A stretch of DNA of 64,000 bases from an uncultured delta proteobacterium (GTDB lineage Bacteria; Myxococcota_A; Polyangia; Polyangiales; Houyiibacteriaceae): positions 640,001 through 704,000 of the forward strand of contig CAVOVB010000001.1 of the NCBI GenBank assembly GCA_963699755.1, read 5' to 3'. Shown piece after piece: positions 9,844 to 21,835 of this stretch; the first letter of the stretch is position 1; every line of letters begins with the position of its first letter. Made by a program: the position numbers and the translations under genes. The notes under the pieces were generated by a model, which was not told where the DNA came from, did no database searches, and worked only from the letters and a program-made list of their open reading frames with translations.

Positions 9844-10455
9844 TCACCCGGAATGCGCCTGAGCGGATGCGCTGCTCGCGCAGAGCTCCCGGACGGAACG
9901 GTACCCTTCACCCCATCTCGCGTAGCGCTCCACCTCGGTCGCCGTCACCGAGTCGACGAGAGACCAGAGCGGCTGTTCGACGAGCTCAACTAGCTCGAGG
10001 GCAGCCTTGATTTGCTCATCCCAAACGTGGCAGAGCTGATTGAGGTCTCCGGCTTGGACGTGACCACGGCAAGGGACCCTGGAGCACAAGAGCTTCATGG
10101 GTTCTGAGAGGTTGAACATGCCGTATTCGTCCGTGATCTGTTCCCCGATTTCGATGTCGCGTATCGCGATTTCGAAGCCGTAGGCCGTGCTCATGGTGTT
10201 GCACTGGCAACAATGGTTCACGTACTTGGCATGGTCCCAGCTCACGATTCGAGTGCCGCGCGAGTCGATATACGAGTAGCGCTCGATAGGTTCACGCAGC
10301 GCGGGATCTTCGAGGCGTGGATCGTCGGGGCGAACCTCGACTTCGAGCGGGTCCCAAACATAGGTGATGGTTCCCTTCGGTAAGCGTGCGGTCGCGAAGA
10401 CGCCGTATCCGAGCTGGGTGTCGATGTGTCGAAGCTCCGTCGATGGATGAATCAT
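9844..10455 (-). CDS. SET-domain protein (lysine methyltransferase-like)
   Basis: GYGVFA, YVNHCCQCN, AIRDIEIGEQITDEY, post-SET C-x4-CRG. Confidence 0.88.
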   Translation of the reverse strand: MIHPSTELRHIDTQLGYGVFATARLPKGTITYVWDPLEVEVRPDDPRLEDPALREPIERYSYIDSRGTRIVSWDHAKYVNHCCQCNTMSTAYGFEIAIRDIEIGEQITDEYGMFNLSEPMKLLCSRVPCRGHVQAGDLNQLCHVWDEQIKAALELVELVEQPLWSLVDSVTATEVERYARWGEGYRSVRELCASSASAQAHSG

Positions 10456-10489
10456 GGCTCTCGTTCAGGTCTGAGTGAGACGAGCGCCA

Positions 10490-10759
10490 TCAGTCGTCCG
10501 CGCTGCGTGTGCGTTTCCGAGGTGAGCAGCTCGCTGTAAGGCGTTGCCCGTCGAGGTCATAGCCGTCGAGCTCCTCCGCGGCACGGAGGGCATCATCCAG
10601 ATCCTCGTAGTCGACAATTGCGCTGCTTCCAGCTGTGCTCTGGTCTTGGTCGAGCAGCATTTCGGCGTCAGAGACCTCGCCGAAGGGTTCGCAAAGATCC
10701 AAGAGGTCATCCTCGTCAAAATGACTTGGAAGCCCCTCGATGTAGAGACGCGCCGTCAT
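10490..10759 (-). CDS. RRM RNA-binding protein
   Basis: RNP2-like LYIEGLP, FGEV, RNP1-like GSSAIVDY, ELDGYDLDGQRL. Confidence 0.8.
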   Translation of the reverse strand: MTARLYIEGLPSHFDEDDLLDLCEPFGEVSDAEMLLDQDQSTAGSSAIVDYEDLDDALRAAEELDGYDLDGQRLTASCSPRKRTRSADD

Positions 10760-10797
10760 GTTCGCCTATCAGTAGAACGTACAGCGAGCACAGAAGT

Positions 10798-10812
10798 GCA
10801 CGATCGGTGCCA
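10798..10812 (-). promoter_or_regulatory. sigma54 -24/-12 promoter of the RRM gene
   Basis: TGGCACCGATCGTGC on minus strand. Confidence 0.65.
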
Positions 10813-10863
10813 AGCCGGACCATGGGCGTGACGCGAGGAAAAGCGTGGCCCGCCGAACTACGA

Positions 10864-10902
10864 GTGCAAGTCTTGCCCTAGTCCATCGTGCAAGAACTGC
10901 AC
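10864..10902. promoter_or_regulatory. Pair of UAS-like palindromes
   Basis: GTGCAAGTCTTGCCC (10864-10878) and GTGCAAGAACTGCAC (10888-10902); same GTGCA-N5-TGCAC pattern as 7957. Confidence 0.55.
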
Positions 10903-10980
10903 TTACCGCTCTTCCTCGCGTTCCTGGGCCCCTGCGCAAGCTCGCGGGCCGACCGGCGTGGCAAGCGAAGAGGCCCCAAA

Positions 10981-11014
10981 GAAAGAAGCCCCGCTTCTTT
11001 CGAAACGGGGCTTC
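10981..11014 (-). terminator. rRNA operon terminator
   Basis: GAAGCCCCG...CGGGGCTTC stem followed by a T-rich tract on the minus strand right after 5S. Confidence 0.8.
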
Positions 11015-11018
11015 ATAA

Positions 11019-11135
<117 letters not shown>

Positions 11136-11270
11136 TCCGTAGAAAGTTTCTCTGTGCCGCTTCTGTGAAGCGGAATCAGAAGCAAGTTCGAGAGTCCGTG
11201 TTGATGGATGTTCTCGAGCTCTTCCTTCCAACCCTGATCTCAAGCCACGCACGAAACGTGTCTTAGAAAG

Positions 11271-14275
<3,005 letters not shown>

Positions 14276-14325
14276 TTTTCCTAAGACGCATTTCGTCTTC
14301 GAGCTCGATAAATGAGCGATCCGCC

Positions 14326-14392
14326 GCTTACCTCCTCGTCGCTCCGCTGCGAGGTACAAGAGTACCTCTCACTTCGCTCCTGCGGGGGCGCT
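14326..14392 (+). repeat. Spacer hairpin element, copy A
   Basis: GCTTACCTCCTCG...GAGGTAC-aaga-GTACCTC-TCACTTCG...CTGCGGGGGCGCT. Confidence 0.8.
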
Positions 14393-14581
14393 GGCGCCTC
14401 GCACATTTCTCTTCACTCGAAGGTGTTGGCAGCGCCGACCGCGAATAGTCGGAATACCAACGCGTGGTCTGTCACGACGGAAAGTCTTGATGACAGACCA
14501 CCTCGTAACTCGAGACCAGGGTTCGAAAGAAGAGCCTGGTCACAGCTACGGCTAGAAAGAGAAAATTTCTACAGATATTCA

Positions 14582-14595
14582 GTTGTCAAAGATGC
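14582..14595 (-). promoter_or_regulatory. boxA-like antitermination element before 23S
   Basis: GCATCTTTGACAAC, similar to boxA TGCTCTTTAACA. Confidence 0.6.
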
Positions 14596-14717
14596 GAGAA
14601 ATCAAGCTAGTCAACTCGATTGCTCGGGTCGATGGCGCGCCTTGTACGCTGCCGACCGAAGAAATCAAGCGTGGGTCCTCACGGAGGTCTTGGCAAGTCC
14701 CGAAGGCCCTCCCCATC

Positions 14718-14793
14718 TGGTGGAGCTGAGGGGGCTCGAACCCCTGACCCCCGGCTTGCAAAGCCGGTGCTCTCCCAACTGAGCTACAACCCC
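14718..14793 (-). tRNA. tRNA-Ala(TGC)
   Basis: GGGGTTGTAGCTCAGTTGGGAGAGC...TTTGCAA...GGTTCGAG...CTCCACCA, 76 nt. Confidence 0.98.
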
Positions 14794-14825
14794 TTGGCTT
14801 TCGCTCCATATCCGGCACCTGGCCG

Positions 14826-14890
14826 GCTTATTGCCATCGTTGCCTCGCTGCGAGGTACCTATGTACCTCTCACTTCGCTCCTCAGGCAAA
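14826..14890 (+). repeat. Spacer hairpin element, copy B
   Basis: GCTTA...CGCTGCGAGGTAC-ctat-GTACCTCTCACTTCGCTCCT; core identical to copy A except the loop. Confidence 0.75.
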
Positions 14891-14971
14891 CGTTCGCCCA
14901 TGCACCGAATCTGAAGCGAAATCCGATTCTTAGAAGTGCATGTCCAGCGCAGGATTTATGCGTCAGGTCCA

Positions 14972-15038
14972 AGCGCCCCCGCAGACCCGGAGTGAGAGCT
15001 ACGAAGGTAGCTCGCGGCGGAGGGTCGAGGAGGTAAGC
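14972..15038 (-). repeat. Spacer hairpin element, copy C (inverted)
   Basis: Reverse complement GCTTACCTCCTCG...GAGCTAC-cttc-GTAGCTC-TCACTCCG...CTGCGGGGGCGCT; colinear with copy A. Confidence 0.8.
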
Positions 15039-15062
15039 CGGAGCTGGCGCAAAAAGACAAGC

Positions 15063-15139
<77 letters not shown>

Positions 15140-15154
15140 GTGTATTCTCGCAAA

Positions 15155-15167
15155 CTGTCAAAGAGAG
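15155..15167 (-). promoter_or_regulatory. boxA-like element in the leader before tRNA-Ile
   Basis: CTCTCTTTGACAG. Confidence 0.6.
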
Positions 15168-15276
15168 TCAGAACTGGTTTCCGCGAACCGTTTTCGAAGC
15201 TCGTCGAGGCCTAAACCTCGATAACTACTTCGTTTTGTTGGTTCCGTCCCCCGTCCTCAGGCTCAAACGGACGGCT

Positions 15277-15305
15277 TCTTTAGCGGCCTTCCCCAAACTG
15301 GTCAA
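15277..15305 (-). promoter_or_regulatory. sigma70-type promoter of the tRNA-23S-5S operon
   Basis: TTGACC-N17-TAAAGA followed by a GC-rich discriminator-like segment. Confidence 0.6.
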
Positions 15306-15478
15306 GGACTTTCAAACAACAAAGTGCGAGAAGCCTGGAAGACTGGTTTTCGTTGCGTTTCGCGCGCGGGCTGTCGCCAACTTGATCCCGGGAATCACCG
15401 AGTTTCCGCACAGCCCGTCCGCATTCGTGGAGTCACTGCCAAGCGTCTAAAATCATGGAGGAAAGGTCTGCTGAGGAT

Positions 15479-16558
15479 CTATTTGGGCGCGGGTAGCGCC
15501 GGAGCTCGAAGGAGGCGTGCGCGATAGTAGGAGAGGCAGCGGCTCATTGCCTCTTCCGGGGTGACGATCGGTTCGTATCCGAAGTCCCGAGTCGCTGCGG
15601 CGCTGCTCGCACTGTGCGAGATCGCGAGCTTTCGAATTTCGTGTGGTGCGAAGAAGGGTGACGGCAAACCGAGACGGAAGTGCAGATACTGCCATAGGCG
15701 CATGAAGCCGAGCACGGGCTTGTACGGGAGGTTGAGCTTGGGGATCTTGTAGCCGAGTCCTTCGATCAGCGGCCGCATGAACTCGAACATCGGCAGCGGG
15801 CGAGTGTCGCCGACGAAATAGGCTTTGCCGCAAACCGGGCTACCGGGGACCAGACGCTTTGCCACGAGAATCTCAGCATGCACGAGGTTGTCGATGTAGA
15901 TGTGGTCGTGCAGCGCGCCCGGAAAGCCGATGGTCGCGACCAGTCGGCCCTTGGTGACCTGCTCGAACATCTCGTCGAGCATCAGGTTCTTGCCAGGACC
16001 GTAGATCCCGTCGGGACGCAAGGAGGTAGTGAGCAGCCCATGTTGGCCATTCGCGGCGAGCACGCGCTTCTCGCCTTCGATCTTGGTCTCGGTGTAGAGG
16101 CAGCTCATGTTCGTCGCGTAGGGCGTGTCCTCGTCCATATCGGTGTTCGCCTCGGAGTTGAAGCAGACATCGATCGAGCTCGTGTGGACGAAGCGGCTGA
16201 CGCCGTGCGCGTGACAGGCGCGGATCAGATTTTCCACGCCACCCACGTTCGCATTGAAAGCCGAGCGTCTGTAGCTTTCGGACACCGCGCTCCCGCCAAG
16301 CAAGGCAAGCAGGGCTGCCGTGTGAAATACGGTATCGATGCCCTCGCAGGCTTCCATCATCCGCTCCGCGTCTTCGATGTCGCCTCGGAAAATTTCGAGC
16401 TTCGGGTGCTCGAGCTCGAGCGGCGTATTCCGGATGACCGCGCGAACAAAGTGGCCCTCGTCGAGGAGCGCTCGAACCAGGTTGCTACCAAGGAAACCTG
16501 CCGCGCCGGTGACGAGACAGGTTCCGAGATGGTCGAGGGGTTCGTTGGAGCGCACCAT
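15479..16558 (-). CDS. 3-beta-hydroxysteroid dehydrogenase/isomerase family extended SDR
   Basis: TGAAGFLG, VFHTAA, HTSS, YTETK, RPDGIYGPG, YIDNL. Confidence 0.88.
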   Translation of the reverse strand: MVRSNEPLDHLGTCLVTGAAGFLGSNLVRALLDEGHFVRAVIRNTPLELEHPKLEIFRGDIEDAERMMEACEGIDTVFHTAALLALLGGSAVSESYRRSAFNANVGGVENLIRACHAHGVSRFVHTSSIDVCFNSEANTDMDEDTPYATNMSCLYTETKIEGEKRVLAANGQHGLLTTSLRPDGIYGPGKNLMLDEMFEQVTKGRLVATIGFPGALHDHIYIDNLVHAEILVAKRLVPGSPVCGKAYFVGDTRPLPMFEFMRPLIEGLGYKIPKLNLPYKPVLGFMRLWQYLHFRLGLPSPFFAPHEIRKLAISHSASSAAATRDFGYEPIVTPEEAMSRCLSYYRARLLRAPALPAPK

Positions 16559-16935
16559 GAGCCGGATTGGAGCACGCCCTTGCCGAGGATCAAATCCGCC
16601 GCCCTTTCCGCGACGGCGACGACCGGCCAGTGGGTATTGCCGGAGGGAATCAGCGGAAAGATCGACGCATCGGCGAGGCGTAGGCCTTCGATGCGGTGTA
16701 CCCGGAGCTCACGGCCCACGACGGCCTCGGGTTCGGTCTTGTAGAGCTTGGCGACCCTCTCGTCGTGCATCAGCTGTGTGAAGCCGATGGGCACCTTGAT
16801 GAGCGGGCTACTGTCGCTTCCTCGCGCTTCCAAGAGGAGGACGCTGAGCTAGGGATCGGCCGAAAGCCGGTTTGCCAGAAGGCAGCCTGCGGAGCCGCCG
16901 ACGACAACAATGTAATCGAAGTCATCGTTGGACAT
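16556..16935 (-). pseudogene. GMC oxidoreductase remnant (in-frame stop plus large internal deletion)
   Basis: [36 protein letters not shown]... joined directly to the C-terminal ELRVHRIEGLRLADASIFPLIPSGNTHWPVVAVAERAADLI; TAG at 16849-16851. Confidence 0.88.
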
Positions 16936-16947
16936 GCTTGACCCTAT

Positions 16948-16965
16948 ATGTAACGTTCGTTATAT
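16948..16965. promoter_or_regulatory. Palindromic TetR-type operator candidate
   Basis: ATGTAACG-TT-CGTTATAT in the short divergent intergenic region. Confidence 0.5.
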
Positions 16966-17000
16966 CGCTGCAACTCTATGACCCCCAGGAGAGAAGCCAG

Positions 17001-17801
17001 ATGTCGGAGCCCCATTTCCTCTACGAGAAGCGCGGACACCTCGCGATTTGTACTTTCAACCGACCGGAGAAAAAGAACGCGCTGAGCATCGAGATGCTGG
17101 TCCGCATGGCGGACGCCTGGGACGAAGCAGACGGGGACGGCGATGTGCGGGCGATCATCCTCACCGGCAGCGGCGGCGTCTTCTGCTCGGGCAGTGACCT
17201 TGGTTCCATGAGGTCGGGCAAGTGGGACGCGGACGACCAATGGCTGATCCGCATGAAGAACGACCCGGACATTCATTGGAAAGCCCTTCTTCGCCACTAC
17301 CTGACGAAGAAGCCTCTGATCGCAGCGGTCGAAGGATACGCGCTGGCCGGTGGCACCGAGATCCTGCAAGGCACCGACATTCGCGTCGCGGGAGAAGGTG
17401 CGGTGTTCGGGGTGACCGAAGTTCAGCTCGGCTTATTCCCGCTGGGAGGTTCGAGCGTGCGCCTTCGACGGCAGATCCCTTACACCATTGCTGCCGAGAT
17501 GTTGCTCGCGGGCCGGCGACTCAGCGCGGAAGAGGCCCTCCACTACGGGCTCATCGGCCACCTCGTGCCCAAGGGGCAAGCGCTCGACAAGGCCCTGGAG
17601 ATAGGCGAAGGGGTCGCGGCCAACGGCCCGGTTGCGGTCCGTGCCGTCAAGCAGTCTCTGATCGAGAACGATGGCATTCCCGCGAAAGAAGCCCTCGCCC
17701 GATCGCTCGAGATCGGACAACCCGTCTTCAAGACGAAAGACGCAATCGAAGGCCCCACGGCATTCATGGAAAAGCGCAAGCCTGTCTTTCAGGGCTCTTG
17801 A
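17001..17801 (+). CDS. echA19: Enoyl-CoA hydratase, EchA19-like
   Basis: KPLIAAVEGYALAGGTEILQGTDIRVAGE...GGSSVRLRRQIPYT...GLIGHLVPKGQAL closely recalls mycobacterial EchA19; AGGAG RBS. Confidence 0.8.
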   Translation: MSEPHFLYEKRGHLAICTFNRPEKKNALSIEMLVRMADAWDEADGDGDVRAIILTGSGGVFCSGSDLGSMRSGKWDADDQWLIRMKNDPDIHWKALLRHYLTKKPLIAAVEGYALAGGTEILQGTDIRVAGEGAVFGVTEVQLGLFPLGGSSVRLRRQIPYTIAAEMLLAGRRLSAEEALHYGLIGHLVPKGQALDKALEIGEGVAANGPVAVRAVKQSLIENDGIPAKEALARSLEIGQPVFKTKDAIEGPTAFMEKRKPVFQGS

Positions 17802-18436
17802 TGGCCCGAGCCGAACCAGCGCAACGCGACGGAAGCACGCGGGAGGTGATCCTCGAGACCGCGGAACGTCTGTTTGCAGAGCGCGGCTTCGCGGCGACGA
17901 GCGTACGTGACATCGTGGGCGAAGCAGGGACCTCGGCGCCGAGCCTCTACCACTTCTTCGGCAGCAAGGAGAACCTGCTCGTCGAGTTGATCGATGACCG
18001 GCATGCTGCCTATTGCGACGAGCTCGAAGCGGAGCTGGCCTTGGCCGAGACCCCGTTCGAAGTCTCTCAGCGCTTCGTGAAGTTCGTGCTCAGCAGCATG
18101 ACGAAGAGGCCAACGACCGCGAAATTCTTGCTGGGAATCATGTTTGGACCTCGGCAGAACATTCCCGAAGACATCGTCGGTGAAACGCTGATGCGATCAC
18201 AGCTCATCGTGCAGGTCCGGCTACGAAAGGTCAGTGAAGGGCTTTCGACGCAGCGCATCGATTTCGCGCGGATGATGCTGCTCGGAATGGTGACGCCTGC
18301 AATCCTGCTCTTTCTCACCTCGGACGTGCAATCGTTTTCCCCGAAGCTGCCGGGCTGCATCGCACATCGGGTCGTCGACATGTTGACGGACGCTCACCCC
18401 ATCTGTGCTTGGCCGAGCGTGGACGTCGATGGCTGA
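17801..18436 (+). CDS. TetR/AcrR family regulator
   Basis: ILETAERLFAERGFAATSVRDIV...SLYHFFGSKENL; TGATG coupling. Confidence 0.92.
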   Translation: MARAEPAQRDGSTREVILETAERLFAERGFAATSVRDIVGEAGTSAPSLYHFFGSKENLLVELIDDRHAAYCDELEAELALAETPFEVSQRFVKFVLSSMTKRPTTAKFLLGIMFGPRQNIPEDIVGETLMRSQLIVQVRLRKVSEGLSTQRIDFARMMLLGMVTPAILLFLTSDVQSFSPKLPGCIAHRVVDMLTDAHPICAWPSVDVDG

Positions 18437-19331
18437 GGCGGTGAGCAACGCGATCACCGCCGAGCCCCTGCGCTTCGAGCTCCCGAACGGCTTGTCGATC
18501 GCTGCCGATGCCTATGGCGATCCAAGCTGTCAGCCGGTTCTCTTCCTGCACGGCGGAGGTCAAACCCGGCATGCCTGGGGCAACAGCGCGGAAGCGGTAG
18601 CGCGGCACGGCTTCTATGCGATCTGCATGGATCACCGCGGCCATGGCGAGAGCAGCTGGGCGGGCCGAGGCGAGTATCGCGTCTTCCACTTCGTCGAGGA
18701 CCTGCAACATGTCATCTCGCAACTAAGCGACAGGCCAATCTTGGTGGGCGCATCCCTCGGCGGCATCGCCTCTCTGCTCGCGGAAACCGAGCAAGAGCAG
18801 TCTGTCGCCAAGGCTCTGATTCTCGTCGACGTGACACCTCGCCTCGAAACCGAAGGCGTCGATCGAATCATCGGCTTCATGAAAGATGGAACCTCCGGCT
18901 TCGAGTCGCTCGAAGAGGTCGCCGAGTCGATCGCGAGGTACCTTCCACACCGAAGGCGGCCGAAAGACCTTTCCGGCCTGGCGAAGAACCTCCGCCTCGG
19001 AGAGGACGGGCGCTACTACTGGCATTGGGATCCGGACATGCTGAAGGCCTGGGAGCCGAATCAATCCAGCGACGAAGACGATCGTGAGCTCAAGGAACGG
19101 CTGCAAGAGGTCCGACGCATCGACATCCCTACCTTGCTGATCCGCGGGCGCCTGAGCGACTTGGTCTCGACAGAAACCGCCGCAGAGTTCCTCGAGATGG
19201 TGCCGCACGCGGAGTACGTCGACTTGGCGGACGCCCATCACATGGTCGCCGGTGACCGAAACGACGCCTTCACCGAAAGCGTGACCGCGTTTCTAGTTCG
19301 GCACTTCGGGTCTGGGAGCGAGCAAGCATGA
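18429..19331 (+). CDS. Alpha/beta hydrolase
   Basis: HGGGQT, DHRGHGES, GASLGG, HMVAGD. Confidence 0.9.
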   Translation: MAEAVSNAITAEPLRFELPNGLSIAADAYGDPSCQPVLFLHGGGQTRHAWGNSAEAVARHGFYAICMDHRGHGESSWAGRGEYRVFHFVEDLQHVISQLSDRPILVGASLGGIASLLAETEQEQSVAKALILVDVTPRLETEGVDRIIGFMKDGTSGFESLEEVAESIARYLPHRRRPKDLSGLAKNLRLGEDGRYYWHWDPDMLKAWEPNQSSDEDDRELKERLQEVRRIDIPTLLIRGRLSDLVSTETAAEFLEMVPHAEYVDLADAHHMVAGDRNDAFTESVTAFLVRHFGSGSEQA

Positions 19332-20182
19332 GCGTTCGAACCGCATTTGTGACTGGAGCAGCAACCGGCATCGGCAAGTCGCTGATCGAAAAGCTCGATC
19401 GCGAGGGCTGGCGTTGCTTCGCAGGCTACAACCGTCAAGCGCCCGACGCCCTTCTCGCAGCCTGCAGCGAGCACACGCGAGCCGTCCCGTGTAACGTGAC
19501 CGACAGCGCGAGCGTGAAGGCAGCCCTCGATGAGATCGGGGAGGCGATCGGCGATGGCCCACTCGACTTGCTGGTCAACAATGCTGCGACCACGGGCGGC
19601 GCCGGAGGCGGCGTGGAAAACGTGGACATCGATCATTTCAAGCACCTCTTCGAGGTCAACTTCTGGGGACCGCTCCGCGTCACCCAAGCCGCCATGCCGT
19701 TGATTCGTCGAAGCAAGCACGGGCGCATCATCAATGTGGGTTCGGCCTCGCAGTACCTCACCATCCCCATGGGCTGTTCGTATCCGGTCACCAAGTCCGC
19801 GCTGAAACGGCTGACACAAGCGCTTCGCATCGAGATGAAACCGTTTGGCGTTCAGGTCACCTGCGTCGAACCCGGCGGGGTGAAGACGCCAATGATGGAC
19901 ATCAGCGAAGAGCAGGAAGCGCAGCTCTGGGCCTCCTTTCCGGAGCACCTGCTTGCGCAGTACAAGGCGCAGTTCAAGTTCCCCGGCGACGCAATCGCGT
20001 CCAGGTTTCCTCTATGGACGGCAGAGAAGTTCGCCGACCGCCTCTACCGCGAGGTGATCGACGCCAAGAAGCTCAAGGTCAACTACGTCATTGGCCCGGG
20101 CGTCTGGCTGCTCCCAGTGATGGAACGCGCCCTCCCGGACTCCCTTCGCGAGAAGATCTTCGAGCGAATGTTCGAGCGCTGA
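19328..20182 (+). CDS. Short-chain dehydrogenase/reductase (17beta-HSD/RDH-like)
   Basis: TGAATGIG, NNA, YPVTK, VEPG. Confidence 0.9.
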   Translation: MSVRTAFVTGAATGIGKSLIEKLDREGWRCFAGYNRQAPDALLAACSEHTRAVPCNVTDSASVKAALDEIGEAIGDGPLDLLVNNAATTGGAGGGVENVDIDHFKHLFEVNFWGPLRVTQAAMPLIRRSKHGRIINVGSASQYLTIPMGCSYPVTKSALKRLTQALRIEMKPFGVQVTCVEPGGVKTPMMDISEEQEAQLWASFPEHLLAQYKAQFKFPGDAIASRFPLWTAEKFADRLYREVIDAKKLKVNYVIGPGVWLLPVMERALPDSLREKIFERMFER

Positions 20183-20392
20183 CCGCCGGGCAAGAGGGGC
20201 CATGGCGACCTCGAGCCTGCCCGCGGCCTTCCGCAGGGGCGACCTAGACCATGGGCCGAGCCGCTCGTTCTCTTCCCAATGGAAGAAGAGCTCCTCGGGA
20301 TTGCACTTTGCAACCATTGTGGATTGGACGCGAAGTGGCGCCGTATCGAAGAAATCGAGGGCAACCGGTTCGAGCTCGTGCACCTTGATCAT
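20183..20392 (-). pseudogene. Probable SRPBCC/START-like gene remnant
   Basis: MIKVHELEPVALDFFDTAP...PEEL joined to FFHWEENER; only ~70 codons fit before the neighbouring SDR. Confidence 0.45.
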
Positions 20393-20499
20393 GAGGCCGG
20401 AAGTATGCGGCAATCCGGGATTCCCGCACATGGCGCTGACCCCGCGCAGACCAGAGCGGGCGGATTGAAACCATACCGGCGCGGTCTATATGAGAGCAC

Positions 20500-21330
20500 A
20501 TGACGAAGAAGAGAGCGCTGGTCACCGGAGCCGGAGGCGGACTTGGTCGCGCAACGGTGGAACGGCTGGTCGCGGGCGGTTGGAAGGTGTTTGCCGCCGA
20601 CATCAGCGAGGAAATGCTGCGGAGCTCGATGCACGATCCCGACGTCGTTCCCGTCGTCATGGATGTGACGAGTCAGGGGAGCATCCAGGGCGCCTACGAC
20701 GCCGTGGCGAGCCAAACCGACCGCCTCGATGGCATCGTCAACTTTGCCGGCGTCATTGGCGTGGGCTCCCTGACCGACATTCCCGAAGAGCGACTCTCGC
20801 GCATCCTCGACATCAACGTGATGGGCACGTATCGGGTCAACAAGACGTTCCTTCCGCTGGTCGAAGCCGCCAAGGGCCGCATCGTGAACCTCAGCTCGGA
20901 GACGGGCTGGCAGAGCGCAGCGCCGTTCAACGGCCCCTATGCGATGAGCAAGCACGCAATCGAGGCCTATTCGACCGCGCTGCGCCGCGAGCTCGCGCTC
21001 CTCGACATCAAGGTCGTCACCATTCAGCCCGGGGCCTTCCGGACCAACATGGTTGCAGGCATCGAAGACGCCTTCACCGCGGCGGAAGCCGAAACGCCGA
21101 GGTTCGCTCGAGTCCTTCGTAAGCTCAAAACGCTGGCCGGCAAAGAGATCGAATCAGCACGCGACCCCGACATCCTAGCTCAGGTCATCGAAACCGCGCT
21201 CACGTCGAAACGACCAAAGCCGATCTACTCGGTGAAGCCAGACCGACTGCGGTCGACGATCGAGAAGCTTCCGCTGCGCGCGGCCGATGGCCTCTATCTC
21301 GCCGTCTTACGTCGGGCGCACAAGGGGTAG
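20500..21330 (+). CDS. Short-chain dehydrogenase/reductase
   Basis: TGAGGGLG, NFAG, YAMSK, IQPG. Confidence 0.9.
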   Translation: MTKKRALVTGAGGGLGRATVERLVAGGWKVFAADISEEMLRSSMHDPDVVPVVMDVTSQGSIQGAYDAVASQTDRLDGIVNFAGVIGVGSLTDIPEERLSRILDINVMGTYRVNKTFLPLVEAAKGRIVNLSSETGWQSAAPFNGPYAMSKHAIEAYSTALRRELALLDIKVVTIQPGAFRTNMVAGIEDAFTAAEAETPRFARVLRKLKTLAGKEIESARDPDILAQVIETALTSKRPKPIYSVKPDRLRSTIEKLPLRAADGLYLAVLRRAHKG

Positions 21331-21335
21331 CTGCG

Positions 21336-21833
21336 ATGACGACCGACATCGTGAAGATCAAGCCCAGGCCCCAAGGGCTCGACAAGCCCTATGTGGGCAA
21401 GATCATCAAGACCATGTCGACCGTGCATCTCGCGCTCTACCGATGGACCGGTGGCCTGCTCGGGTCGAAGTGGCGCGTCGGCAGTGCCTTTCCCTGGGGC
21501 ATTCCGGTGCTCTTGCTGACCACAGTCGGACGCAAGAGCGGTCTGCCGCGGACTTTGCCGCTGCTCTTCATCGAAGAAGGCAAGAAGATCATCGTCGTGG
21601 CTTCGAAAGGCGGGCTTCCCGGCGACCCACTCTGGTACAAGAACCTCGTCGCCAACCCGGAATGTGAAGTTCAGATCAAGCGCCGCAAGATGAAGATGAG
21701 GGCGCGCACGGCGGCTCCGGAGGAGCGTGAAGACCTTTGGCCGAAGCTCGTCGCCCACTACCCCGATTTCGCCAGCTACGCGACCTGGACCAATCGGACC
21801 ATCCCAGTGGTGATTCTCGAGCGGGCTGGCTGA
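21336..21833 (+). CDS. Deazaflavin (F420H2)-dependent nitroreductase family protein (Ddn/FDOR-A)
   Basis: LLTTVGRKSGLPRTLPL, VASKGG, PLWYKNLVANP, RTIPVVIL. Confidence 0.9.
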   Translation: MTTDIVKIKPRPQGLDKPYVGKIIKTMSTVHLALYRWTGGLLGSKWRVGSAFPWGIPVLLLTTVGRKSGLPRTLPLLFIEEGKKIIVVASKGGLPGDPLWYKNLVANPECEVQIKRRKMKMRARTAAPEEREDLWPKLVAHYPDFASYATWTNRTIPVVILERAG

Positions 21834-21835
21834 AT

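Noticed and set aside
16849..16851. In-frame TAG as pyrrolysine or readthrough
   Set aside because: The gene also lacks ~400 codons and has an eroded FAD motif, so decay explains it; no pyl genes are present.
17841..17852. GGGAGGTGATCC resembling the reverse complement of the 16S 3' end
   Set aside because: It lies within the TetR coding sequence with no other 16S similarity.
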